Positions 47,531 through 60,664 of a stretch of 64,000 bases of DNA are shown here, piece by piece. Under the pieces are notes generated by a model. It made no database searches and was not told where the DNA came from. It was given only the letters and a program-made list of their open reading frames with translations. The DNA is from Marsupella aquatica (taxonomy: Eukaryota; Plantae; Marchantiophyta). Location: the NCBI GenBank assembly GCA_973895155.1, contig OZ316894.1:22043867-22107866 (forward strand). Reading direction: 5' to 3'. The first letter of the stretch is position 1, and each line of letters begins with the position of its first letter. The position numbers were made by a program, and so were the translations under genes.

Positions 47531-50500
47531 CTCTACATTGATGGAAGAGCAGCAATGGTGAGAGCGATAAGTAGTCTCGTGAAATAAGAAGGCATCCGCC
47601 ATAGACAGCAGATGAGGAGAACTTCGCAAGGTGCAAGTTGGGCTTGGATCCCAAGGGAAGTCCGAAATGGCATATGACGACGAATTCCCCCTCCAACGTC
47701 ATCACAGGTCAGCAACCACTTCACTTTCTACCTACTGCACCAGTCTATCATTTGAAGGTCATCAGTGCAGCACTGCAGCTCCAAATCCGGCTCGAATTGC
47801 CAGTAGCTTTTGTCTTGAAGGAAATGAGGAAGAAAACTTAGTAGACTCTCCCCACCAGCTTATTTTTTAAGGTTTTCTGATTTTAGCCACTGTGGCTAAT
47901 GTCTCTAAGGGAGGAAATGCTAGGAATCTTCTTTATCAATGTTTAGTCACATATCCCTAGATTTAGTGACTATTTGTATTGAGAGGAGGCTTTTCCTCTT
48001 GTTTCTGTTCTCACAGTTTTTTTTTGCAGTGGGTGTCTATGGCTCTGCAAAGGGCCCAGGCATTCTCCCTCCTTTTTAGTAGGGCTGAGACAGTTTGTAA
48101 GTGAATGCGTGAAAACTGAAAATGCAGGAACAGACTGAAAATGGTGCAGGACACTTAGTTGGCAAACACAGTTTTTTGCCTAGGCAAGCAGCAAGCCTTA
48201 CATCTTCCATTACCTGTACTATGACATCTCTCAAAGTTCCCCTCCCCCCCTCTTACTCGGTCCCAAAAAGCAAGACCTGGCCCTAATTCGTTGTTTTCTG
48301 GCCGTCAACAGCCTAGATGGCACTCGAGATACCAAAGATTTTTCAGATGCCCCGTTAGACCATCTCCAATTCACCGGGGTTGCAGGCAAAACCTAGTGAT
48401 GAAAATTTTATTGGGTATTCAAGAATAGGGTTTTTTGGTGATGTATAGAAGCGATTATACAATAGTTGACATCCCGGAGGAAAGGGCTTTTCCCTTTGCA
48501 GGTTTGAGTTTTCTGGGCAACTTCAAGTCTTACATCCAAGACGCCACTCTTTACCTTTTGCTCAATTTTGCTCGATTTGGTTCACATCTCGATGCTGTGA
48601 CTCAGTGTTTATTGAATAATTGTGAGGCTAGCTGCCATAAGGGAAACAATTTCCGAGCTGCTGGAGTCGACTGGGCCTTTGAGAAAAGCTTAAAGGTCTT
48701 TTCCAGCTATGGTACAAAGACTGGAATTATGGTGAGCTTGCTTCCAGTGAGCCATATACCCCTCGTGTGAGGTTTGGTCACACACGTTTATGATTGTAGG
48801 TAACCTAAGGACCACCCTTTATTGGGTTTGTTGCTTGGTTTTCAGGACTTCAATCTACAGTTGTATGATGATGATATCTGCTAGTTAGGGATATTACCGT
48901 GTTAGGATTGGGGCTACTTTTCAGTTGGTCATGATAGATACAACAATGAACTAAAAAAAAGATATGTTGGAGATGCTCTTAGGACATCTCAAAGCTTCAT
49001 TGTTGAAGATTATGGTTTTTGGCCATAAACAAATGCCCATTATAGCCTTTTCACCAGGTTGTGTCACAGATTGTTTGTCAACCAACCTCTACAGTTACTT
49101 ATGGTCATGACATCTGACAACTTTTTATGGCAAAAAGTTGTGGATATGAATTTGGCAGACCATAACTTTTTGCAATGGATAGGATCAACTCTCTTTATGG
49201 ACCCCATCTCCCCCCCCCCCCCCCCCCGACCCCAACCCCCTGTTGAAAAGTGACTTCCAAATTCCCTGGTTCCATGTGTTCTGATGTCAGCATTTCCATC
49301 CCAAACATGGAACACCTATGTGCAAGGCTCTCCTTCCCGGATGGGGTTCGTCTAGGTGGCTTGTGTTTTGGGCTTCCCCCCCATCCCCTACCACCATAAC
49401 CCCCTTGGAAAAAAAACGACCTATGTGCAAAGGCCATACACAAATACAATTTGACTCAAACCTACCCAAAACAGTTAGTCTGAAACCATAAAAATATTTC
49501 TACAACAACCAAAATGGGGTTTAGGTGTTTTGCTTGAGTTTCATTGTGCTGCTTCTCTACTACTGGGGTACAGGTGACCTTCCAAAGTTGCATCAGAAGA
49601 AGAGTTTTTGAACGAGAACTTTGTCATTGCGAGTCCATTAGGTTGAAATTGTCAATGATGCTGCCTATGGAGTTTGCAGTTTGTTGGTGTCTCATTTGTT
49701 CTACAAGACTATAGTATAGTGTGTGCACACTCCTGCAAAAAATCCAACACTGTGTACTTAGGGTTTGCATGATTTTAGAGGTGCAAAACTTGGAATTAAG
49801 TCTATGGTTTAGTGGTGCAATGGGCCCTCTGTCAGTTGAGACTCTCTTTACACCTTCGTAAGTTGTACAGCCCTGGGTTCCCTCTATCAGTAGAGATTCT
49901 TACGACTTCCTTCATAAGTTGTACACACCTGCCTTAAACATGATCCCACCTCATAAGTGCACATTTTACTGTATGTAAAAATGACTTGCACTTGTCAACG
50001 AGTGCTCGTTCAGGAAAAAACAAATTCTGGAAAAGTCTGTGCAAACCTTTATAAAGTGTTTGCACTACTCATATATTTCACCTCATTGCACTTATGTGAA
50101 ATGATCAGGAGGAAAGGGAAGAACGGGATGCCTGCAATTATCCAGGGTTTGCTTAACACTGTAGTAGGCAATTACTTTAGTAGTTTGGAACCTGTTCATC
50201 TCAGCTTGACCCTGAAAGTACGGCTGTCAAATTATGGGCCAAGGGCCTGGGTGCTCCAGAGTCGCGCTTCAACAAGGTGTGAATTTGTTGGAGCAAGGCA
50301 AGGAGGTCATTCATCTCAAAACTGAGTTTTTTTTCTTTCAAAAATCAACAATACCAGGATAATATATGCAAGATCTAGATGTCTAGCATACACCTTGCTA
50401 TGAATATGTATCATGGCACTATCCAAGCACTAATTAATGTAGGTGATATGGACTACTGGTGTCACTCTCACTGATAGTGCTCCAATCAAGGAGGATCTGA

Positions 50501-51726
50501 TTGTTCACCCCCTTTATAGGTTAGGGTTTGGCTTCTTTTGTTGTCTGCGTTGCAATGGTTTATGTCATGCACATACATGTCGCTACATAACATACATTGT
50601 TTATCACACACATCCACACATAGGCACAATCCAACATCGCAAAGATAAGAGTATGGAGACAAATGAAACCCATGTTCAGACATGCCCAAAACCCACAATA
50701 ATCTTCAATAAATCAAACAACACTCAATACCAATAATGCACAACCAATCTCGCTCAATGTGATCACACAATGTCAGGCCAGGCAAACACACTTTGCCTTC
50801 AAAGAATCCATGTTCATATGCACTCAACCTGGCCAGCCACACCAAAGTCACCAAAGTTCATGCTCAAAGACTCAACATCAAAAGATGAGGCCTTTGAGCC
50901 ACCACAAAGGGATAACTAAGCGTCACAAACACAAATTGAATCTTAATTGCTCATATAGCACACATAGAAACCTTTAAACTAGGATAGTATGATACACTAT
51001 ACTACCACCTAGAATGGTGTGACATTGCCCTTGATCCCCACCGGCCTGAAGGGTGCTTTTGATAAACATCTATATATGCACTTCTTGGTAAATGCACAAT
51101 CCCACAAAATTGAATTTACTGATACATGCATGCCCATTCTTAGTAGAGTTTAAATTGCACTTAGGAAGTTTGGGCACCCAATTCAACAAAATTGCATTTA
51201 CTGATAAATGCATGCTCATTCTTAGTAGAGCTTAAAATGCACTTAGGGAGTTTGGCACAGAATTCAGGGCAGTGCTAGTAGGTAGGAGGCTGCTCAGTTG
51301 AGGGAGGGCCCATTACACATTTAAGAAAGGGATGTAAGTCATGTACATTTATCAATAAGTACACTTTTTAGGGGGTGTTGGTTTTGGATCATGAATTGGG
51401 TAGACTTTTTAGGGGGTGTACAGTGTCAGCAAAATGTTTTGGATCATGAATTTGGTAAGTTTGAATCATGAATTTGGTAGTCCATAATATCTCAATCAAT
51501 TACCAAGTAAGATTTTGGATCATGAATTTGATAGTCCATAATTTTTTCTGTCTAGTACCTTAATTATTAAGTCAAAGTCTATCAATATTATTCACTAGCA
51601 GCGTCATTCATGAAATGCGAATAAACATCTCCAAACTGGTTTGATGGAAGTCACCACTTTGCCTTTTCGACACGACTCTCAAGTTCACTTAGGGGAGAGA
51701 AAACGCTGCAAATTACATCAATGCGA

Positions 51727-52262
51727 GCCTCTGCATTGCAAACCCAGCTTCATGGTCGTCAATGGTCGATTGCAATCCAATCCTAATTTTTGAAATTGGT
51801 AATCGCAATGCTTGCTTAACGGTTCAAGCGTATCGACATGTGAATTGCTGTACTTCTGATCGGCAACACCCTTTAAACGACTGTAAACTACTATACTGAG
51901 TCACTGGTAGAAATCTATAATTCACACACAAATCAATTTCTGGTGACTGACTGGTGAAACAAGCTATGGTGCTAAAACGGGTTGAACCCTAAATTGGAAC
52001 CTCTGCATTGCAAACCTAGCGTGCGTCATGGTGATTGCAATCCAATCCTAATGGTTGAAGTTGATAATTGCAACACTTGCTTAACGGTTCAAGTGTATCG
52101 ACATGTGAATTGCTGTACTTCTGATCGGCAACATCCTTCAAACCACTGTAAACTACTATACTGGATCACTGGTAGAACATCTATAATTGACACTCAAATC
52201 AACTTCTGGTGACTGCCTGGTGAAACAAGCTATGGTGCTAAAACGGTTGAACCCTGAATGGA
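51727..52262. repeat. Tandem duplication (~273 bp x2)
   Basis: CCTCTGCATTGCAAACC at 51727 and 52000; shared TATCGACATGTGAATTGCTGTACTTCTGATCGGCAACA and CTGGTGAAACAAGCTATGGTGCTAAAACGG. Confidence 0.88.
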
Positions 52263-52492
52263 ACCTTTACATAACTTGTCCACTTCCTCAGCCTCCAGAG
52301 GTGGGAAAATTCTCTGTGAGTATGTCTGAGCTGAGGAAGAGTGATGGCCACCTTGCAAAGGCTGCAGCAATCAACATTTCAAGTCGTGGTTGATAAAATT
52401 TTGAGGAGATCTCTCCAATGCACTAAGCTAAACAATGGAAGCGGATGTGCAATTCCTTCATATCCAAATGTCTGCATTTCGTGACCGCCTTC

Positions 52493-52807
52493 TCAGCTTT
52501 GGATGGTGGGTGTTCTGCTACTCTCAGAATCTCTGTCTCCGGTCGACTGCGAAGCCACATTGTTCATCGTCTCTGCAGATGAATTGGAGCTCTGGAAAGA
52601 CATCCGACCTGAGGCAGAGCTTGGCGATGGGTCCCCTTCCACGATCACCACACACCTGGTCCCGGGTATTTTCGAATTCGCTGGCGGAACAGTCCATTCA
52701 TTCTCTTTCGCAGCTACCTCATCTGCAACCTCTTTCTTCTTCTCTTCCTCGCGGGTTTTCGCCCTCTGCATGAACTTCAAATGCCCCAGCCGCTCCCTTT
52801 GCGCCAT
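52493..52807 (-). CDS. MPP6: MPP6 (M-phase phosphoprotein 6, exosome cofactor)-like ORF, intronless, possibly a truncated copy
   Basis: LKFMQRA, CVVIVEGDP and GRMSFQS motifs of the plant MPP6 family; only 104 aa. Confidence 0.65.
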   Translation of the reverse strand: MAQRERLGHLKFMQRAKTREEEKKKEVADEVAAKENEWTVPPANSKIPGTRCVVIVEGDPSPSSASGRMSFQSSNSSAETMNNVASQSTGDRDSESSRTPTIQS

Positions 52808-55800
52808 GGCTTGATGGCAAGACAGCCAGATTCAGCCAGCTTTTTCTCTCGAGCTGGTGAAATTGCTTGCTAGCGCCCATCAATTTGGCAGGCTTCTCGT
52901 CTCCCAACGGTGAACTTGTATGCACATGTCAATTCAGCCGATTCATCTCTCCAGCCATTAAAATTGTCTCCAGACCTTCAATTGGGCGGTTTCCTTCTCT
53001 CCGAATTAAAACTAGCACCATTCAATTCAGCTCCTACACAAATCTCGCTACGAGGGTTTACCGTAGGTGTGCAGTAGGATAACGTATCTTCTGCCTGTAT
53101 ATCCAACGGTCAAGATGCTGGGAGGAAGCTGGGAATGCGAGGGGCCGTGGATTGGTCGAGGTTCTAGGGTTTGTCATTATTTAGGGTTGTGCAGGCTGAA
53201 GCTTCAGAGGCAGTGGCCGACAATGAGGAATGTGAACTCCCCGCTCAGCCCCTCTTCCACGAGGATAAAGACTCTGTTGTCTACGCCCAAATGGACTTGT
53301 GGGTAGGGTTCTTTCTGTCGAGGGTCAGTTGATGACTGATATTTGGAGCCTGCGTGAGCGAGTAGGTCTGCTGGATTTTACTCAGGAATCAGGTTCGCGG
53401 ATTTGGGTTCTTTCTTGTGCGGCCTCTCATTCCTGCGGGATTTGGCTGTTGCATTGTCTCGACGTGGTGTTTGCCTTGTAACCGACGCATCCACGGCCAG
53501 CGAGAGGGCTTCTGGCCATCTTCTTTAGAGCGGAATATCTTTAGTTCCTGCGCGAAGTGATTTACCCATGTTGTGAGTTTTTTGGCTGCTGTAGCGATGA
53601 TGTGTCAATGTTTGTTGGGCACCCTTCGAATACGTTTTCTGCGCGAAGTGATGTAGCCATGTAATGAATTGCTTTGTGCTCCATCGACGATGTCTCCATA
53701 TTTCGTAGTCACCCAACAGACGTCGGTTGTCGTTTAAGATACTGTGTCTTGTGATGTAGCTGTTTACTGCTTATGCCATTTAGTTTCGTAGGAACGTCGA
53801 TCTTGTGATACTTGCAGACCCGTGTGTACAGCTGCTTCTATAATCCCAAGAAGTAAGTTGAATGGTGGTTCTGCTAGACCATCAAGGGGGAGTGGGCAGT
53901 GTAGCTGAAGCATAATGACGACATGCACAATCATTCTCCCAACATTGGTGTCCAATCCGTCTTACTATCCTGAAGCTCACCTTACTCCGTCTACTGACGG
54001 ATTTCACGTACATTTAAGTAGTCGTCTGTCCTGTCTCTGCACCGCTGATGTCATCCTTTCGTCGAGTGTAGAGTTTGCTGTGATGAGATTTCAACCAGTA
54101 TAAGCCAGTTCTGCTTCTGACCACTGTGATGTTAAACTGGTATTATCTCTGAGCTCCGACTTGAGGAATTTTGCCGTGTAGGGAGCTTTGTCTTTATAAA
54201 TCCATGCCCACTGCAGAACGTCTGAGCGGCCTGGCTTGAAACACCTTTCGGCATTGGCTCTGAATGCTTTGAACGTGTGGCTATATACCTGCAATTCCTC
54301 CGGGAACCTGTGAACCTCGTGTGCAGGGAGCCTCGAATGAGTTGCTACAATTTTATCCCTCCATATCACCTAGAGGTGCATTTTAGCGCCAATCCATTTA
54401 ACTATTAAACCCGTAACAATAACCGTATAACAAGATCTCTCAACCCGATCATCCGGCGATCCATTAATGCAAGATCAAAACAATGGAAAACCCTCGTAAA
54501 CAATTGCGATACATCACACAAATACATCACACAATCAACGCAAGATCGTTGCATTTGGAAACCGTGAACGTGGAGAATCAAGACATCACACAATCAAGCT
54601 GGGCAGCTCTTCGTTGAGGGTTGCTCACAAAGGAAAGCTCTAGTCCAAAGGATCAAATACAAGGGTGCGGAAAAAGGGGAATGGCCGCGGTTAGTAAATT
54701 GTCGAGCACCAGTCAAATTCTGGTACTTTGCCACCAATCGTCCGTATGTTCAACAGCTTCTTACTGCAAACCGAGGTCGGCAGTTCTGATACCTTCCCTA
54801 TTTATGTTCGTAAGGCATAGAGAAAATGTTGATGTGACGATCTTTGCTTGCCAAAGCAGAGGGGCATAAACTTCAAACCGTTCAGTAACAGGCTCTTACT
54901 CTGGATGGAATGCATCAAACCTTCAAGCGACGATTCAGTTATGCTTGTTGCTGTGATTCTCAATGCAACATGCACAAATCGATTATGCTCGTTGTTCAGC
55001 CTTTGTCCCTAGGAGTCTGGATCTAAATTTCCCGAGTGAAGATATCCAGACAGTTCTTCTTCCCATAATAACATAGCGATCACTATGAATTGGGCACTTG
55101 TGCCAAAAGCAGGATGCTATAAGTCCAGCTAAAATTTGGCATACAAGGTTCATACTCGTCACATATTATTCTTTGCAGGAACTGGGCTTCCATTGACGCG
55201 GCAATCAATGACGCACTAGGCATTTTGAGTTTCTGCACAGAGCTTACGAGAAACTTCCCTGCCTTACGAAAATCAAAGCATGCGCTTCTGCGACAAACAA
55301 AAGCAAGTGAACAATGCCCTTGTCCAGTTTTATGCCGGCTGGCAGAAAATATGGTTTCTTCTATGTACAATGTCTCACCTAGTGGCAGTTGCTCCAGATT
55401 GCCTTTCACCATTGCGGTTCTTTGCGTCTTGAGATTGTACGGCAGATGGAGCTTGGTGCTAGACTTCTAAACGAAGGCAACTTAGTTCGTGATGATGTTT
55501 CAATTTGGCAGTTTGAAGTTGGAGCTCCTTCACACATTGCGATTCCAAATTCCATAATTATTCGTAGTCCATGGGAGCTATCACCCACATGACTTTTGTA
55601 AGCAATGGATTGTCCTTGACAGTATTCATAATTGTTTTGTGTCTTTCCAAAACATGCATTCTTGTCCATCGAGTATGGATGCCGATGAGATGCACGGGCT
55701 AACCTGTAGTTTAGACCAAAGCACTTGATACACGTTTGGACTCCTATCAGGCTGTCGACCCAAACCAGAAAATCAATTCTCAGTACAGATTCCTTTATCT

Positions 55801-56572
55801 CACAATTCGCATGATGACCTTCACGTGGAGTATATGGGAGGGCTGGCACGATACTTTGATGGGTGCAATCCCCCACTTTTGAGGACCAAATGAAGGGATG
55901 TTACCACTACAGCATAAATAACACAAAGAGGCAATGTTGATCTCCAGTGAAATCAACTGGTTGGTTTAGGAGATCGTGCGTTCACACAATTTTGAGTGAA
56001 ATCACCTCCCGTTGTGTCGTTCAGCGATCAATGTTCGGACATTCAATCACCTGGGGTGTGAGGTTATGCTCGAGGGGTTTGCAATACACAAAATACCTGT
56101 AGTTGCTCTTCAATCTGTATGAACACGTAAATATAATTTCTAAGGGATCAATATCGGTCACAACTTCTCCGTGATTGTGTTTCCTTCCCATCGAGAGTGG
56201 AGTGACAGCAGGAGCCGCAAACTTGACGTACAAGTACAACTTTCCTTCGAAGGGTGCATGAAGACGGATGGCACTGTATTCCAGCAATCGAATCTTCATT
56301 GTCATTCAAATTCGAACCCGGCCAAAATCATGGCATTGGCAAAGATCTGTGTCTAAACCTTGGGACAGACCGAGTAGAGGAGGCTGCCTAAAAAAGGAGG
56401 CTGATATGCATAGGAGCCAGCATCTTTTTGGTCATGTCCAATCTAATGCTTACTAACAGCCGAGATGTCCCGCAAATGGAAAATCAGCTTTCCAAATAAG
56501 GAGACTCCTTAATCACTCTGTAATCCTATCTTCGCTGTGGAATCCAAAAAGGAAACATCCATTCCTCTCAAA

Positions 56573-56992
56573 TCAGTGCTTATCCTGAGGATCCCAGGTC
56601 TGGATCTGCCTCTGTGTCACCTTCAACTTTCTTCTGATCAGGAGAGCTCGGTAAGTTTGGCAGTAGGTTCTCTTGAATCTGAGTACCACATTCCGCCATA
56701 CATTGCGCAGAGTTTTCGAGACTGAGTACGAAGGTAACGACGACGACGACGGTACCATCCTTTCATGCAATCTTTTGGTGTATTTTGGGCGTACTCCATC
56801 TCCAACATTACTTTGTTGAGCCACGACATCTAGACGGAAGAAATCTAGGACGAATGTATCCATCTCAACTCCTACTGGAGCTGCTGCAGCTTCTGCTGCT
56901 TCACATCTGTTGTTCTGCAACTCGAAATCCTTCCCCAGCACTCTATCCCTCGCAACAGCCTCTACACCCTCCATCACCTGAATGGAGACCAT
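56573..56992 (-). CDS. Small unknown protein (~139 aa)
   Basis: ATG at 56992 after a purine-rich 5'-UTR-like tract; coding-like composition with a basic C terminus; no family recognised. Confidence 0.4.
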   Translation of the reverse strand: MVSIQVMEGVEAVARDRVLGKDFELQNNRCEAAEAAAAPVGVEMDTFVLDFFRLDVVAQQSNVGDGVRPKYTKRLHERMVPSSSSLPSYSVSKTLRNVWRNVVLRFKRTYCQTYRALLIRRKLKVTQRQIQTWDPQDKH

Positions 56993-59900
56993 CGTTTCTG
57001 ATCTAGACGAGCTCAAAACTAAATAGCTCTATTTTCCCCAGAAAGCACGAGCTCGAGACTTTTGGACCTCTACCTCCGTAATCGTCCGGAACAGCTCAAA
57101 ACTCCCTACAAAAATCCCTCCGTCGTTCTCTGTTCGAGCTCGAGCGAAACCCTTTCTCTGCAATTCTCACTCGCCATGTAGAAAACTCCTCGCCGAATCT
57201 ACCCTCCTAATCGTCTCGCGAGTGCTTTCACATTCGCAGCGTTTGCCTCATGTCCCAGAGCCAAATATAGGAGTGTAGTTCTTGTTGTGGGATACCCACT
57301 TGGAAAGTTGGCAAGACGCGGATTCTGCCTTCACCAGGAACACGGCTCCACGTAATCCCACGGCTCTGGCATCCAGCTTACTGCTCTTCCGCCTTGATGA
57401 TGGTAAAACTAGAGCTAGAAGCTCCCAAAAGCGATCTCGAAGACTTCGACGATGCAGTCTTTGGCGGGGTCTGTGGTTGCGAATTTGAAACCAACCTTGC
57501 CTCGGCGACAAATGCTTCAAGTGTTGGGCTGGAGACAGACTATCAATCACATGATGACACTGTGAGGTGGTCTTGCAATCCCCAATATTTCATTCACATT
57601 TGCTGAGGGCGACTAGCTGGTGAAACATGAATGAGCGAAGTCAAGGTGGTTTGCGCCCAGACCCCAAAATTGAAGACCTTCGTAGACGTCTGTAAGCCAC
57701 AGTCGATCTGGAGCTTGATTTGAGCCCTGATATCAGCGAGGCAATTGTTTCAGTAATTTAAAACTCGATCTAGCTGAATCTGCCAGTCATCAGAGGACAA
57801 GGCTGATGAACGGAGTTGTTGGCCAGTGTAGCTGTGAATCAGAGAACTTCTTAATTAGTGTCTCGCTGTAAACCGACACGGTTCTCGAAAAGCTGCCAGT
57901 GTGCCGTGCGTGGCGCGCCGAGAGGCCCATCAACAACAAAGTGCCGCATCTCACGGACAGCAGCACTCGCCAAATCAAAATCGAAATCCCAATTTCGCGT
58001 CATTGATGAAATCATGTCACAGCAAAAGTGCAGTGCTGCTTACGTTGCAGCCGTCCAATTTCCAAACAAACCGCCAACACAGCTCCTCTTTCGTTCTGTC
58101 CTGGAGACTCACTTGTACTGTAGACTGGAATTCACAAGAATCACAACGAGAATCATACATTCGTAATGCCAAGATGCCAGTGAACCTTGTGTAGTTGTAT
58201 TGTAAAACAATCATGTCAGAATCTTTCAGAAGAATAAAACACGAGAGGTAAACTGGAGACCTTAATAGTTGGGGACAGTCACGGATCAAAGCACGTCAAA
58301 TGTGCTGACTCCTCACTGTCCGCCACATTTACTCCTCGAGTACATCACGTGTACCCCACTGTTTCTCAACAGCTGGACTATTGAGGGCGTCTCGATCACT
58401 GGATGGACGAGTTAAACCTCTGCTGTGCAGTCTAGTCCAGTTCATCAGCCTCTTCATAACTCTAGAGGACAGCGAATCACCATACCCTGCATGTTTGTAA
58501 AGAATGGCACAGTGCTGGGCTCCTACTTCTGAGTTTGCCAATGGCCTTTACTGTTCTGGCCCCACAGCTTTCTTATGGTCACCGATCACATGATTGTCTC
58601 AGGGTGGTTTTACAAGAAGAAGGGGGCCCATTGCTTCTTTTCCTTCCCTCCTTAATTAAATCTGAATTGAATAATGTGTGGAAACGGCTCCAGATGGCTT
58701 TACAGGAACTGCTGTAGGGTCATTTAAGTAGAATGCCTACCCCTACATGGTAAGTAGTGGACACAATGAAATGATGATGTGGAGGGTCAATCAAGTAATA
58801 TGTCGACCGGTACATGGCTAGTAGACACAAGTATATGATGATGTGGAGTCCTTACTTTGTCTGGAATCTGGAACCTGGAGAGGTGGTCCAAAGATGTCCA
58901 AGATTTGCCTCCTTCATTCAAGGGATTTGCATTTATTTAATTTCTTTTCAAACTATTTGGGTCCTGAATCTATCTTTAGAACAAGAAGTGGTCCTCCCAT
59001 TTCCTTAGTGGGAGAACTTCACGAATGTCCCCATTTTAAAGCCACCCTCAGTCTTGTAAGCCATAGTTTCCTTTCTTCTTCTCAGGGGATTTCTTGTCCT
59101 CTACAAACACATGCAATTAATTCTTGAAACAATTGAATTTTGCATGAAAGAGCAGTGCCCCCATCCCCTATTTCTCAAAGAACCGGGTCTCCTAACCCCA
59201 GCAGTGACGTAGTATACTATTTTAATTTAATTTAGGACCTTTCACCTGAAATTGAGGGGCACTCACCACTACACTTTGTTGGCGAGTTTGTCCCAAGTTT
59301 TCATCCAGAATGTACAACCTCCTGAATTTGAGTGTTATTTCCTAAAAAAACAACTGCAACTATGCCAGGTTTTGGAAACAGACATGCTGTTTCACCTCAT
59401 TTATCATTGATTGAGAGGCTTTGTGTGATTACCGTACTCGAAAGGTACGTTGATACTCATGAAGGTTTATCCTAAGGCCTACTTGCTGGTGGACCAGTGC
59501 CCACCTCAGGCTTACATTGGTACCACCTGAAGCGCATTTGCCCTCGAATGTACTCCACACCTACATTCATATTGGAGAAATTTCCATGTGCCACTAGGGT
59601 CTGAGTCCCTGGAGTGTGTTAAAAGTTGGGTATGTTCAAGATGAGGGGCCTCTTGTGTAGTTCGATCCTCAGTGTTTCGAGTTTAGGACTGAGCACCATT
59701 GAAGTTCCAACAGGGCTCTTTGTTCTTGGCCCTTAGGGCTGAGTGCAATGTAGGTGACCATAGGGCTCTTTATTCTTGCTCGTCCTGGGTGTCAGATTGG
59801 GCCATCAACTCTTCGTCCTTTAGTACCTTTTTTCTGGTTTTGGTGTCCTTTATGTGTTTTGGCAGTAAATTTTGGTGTCCTTATGACTCTATAGGCCCAG

Positions 59901-60664
59901 TCAATAGCAGCTACCGTCCTTACTCTGCACTGCCATATCCATCATTGTTCATGTTTTTTGACAGATTCTGCAGACTGTCCTCCGTATGATTCCTGGACAG
60001 CCAACCACCCAACAAACTCCATTGTCGCAGCTTTGCACCATCTTCCCAATATACCGAAGCCTTCAAAAGTACAGCGTACGTAATTTCTCTTTCGGACCTG
60101 CATTTGATGCTTGCTGAGTTGAAACTAGGTCAATCCAACCGCATCGGAAACAGTTTGAGGTAGATAAGGCTTCAAAAAAGGGCATTCTTGACTTTCCAAG
60201 TGTGGAATATGCGTTTCTAACCCATTGCAGAATGTTGTGCCCTGACTGATAATGTAGATGTCAAGATGGATTGATAATCGTAGAGGTGCCATGAACAATC
60301 CAGCTTTTCAAGTTGCGGATGAACTCCTACATATCCAGGCGGTTTCAACCCAGCCATTGCTAATGTAAAACAAGTTAAGTGAAGGTCCCCTGTTCATGTA
60401 GCAACGTAAGACATGTTGAACGACGATTCTTCCTAATAAAAGATCAGGAGATCGTGACTACTTCCCAGTGTGCATTAGGAGTGAACTTGTGAACAAACCG
60501 TGACAGTAACAGCAGGCCCTGACAAACCGAGCATGGTTGTAAAGACAATGAGAGGATCTTTACATCCGCTACATTCACCCTGACCGTACCTACAACAATT
60601 GGGAAGTATTCAATGGGCTGGTTATCAAAATGACTTGTCTCTATCAACCACCCACTACTCAAGC

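Noticed and set aside
46920-47705. 261-aa minus-strand ORF
   Set aside because: No motifs, overlaps a tandem duplication, and has UTR/intron-like composition upstream of the DUF1995-like gene.
48435-48770. LLNFARFGSH resembling a hAT TRF motif
   Set aside because: A single weak motif with no other transposase residues.
49210-49227. C18 homopolymer
   Set aside because: Simple sequence with no supporting context.
58640-60430. Possible degenerate LINE fragments
   Set aside because: No intact diagnostic motif, poly(A) or TSD could be confirmed.
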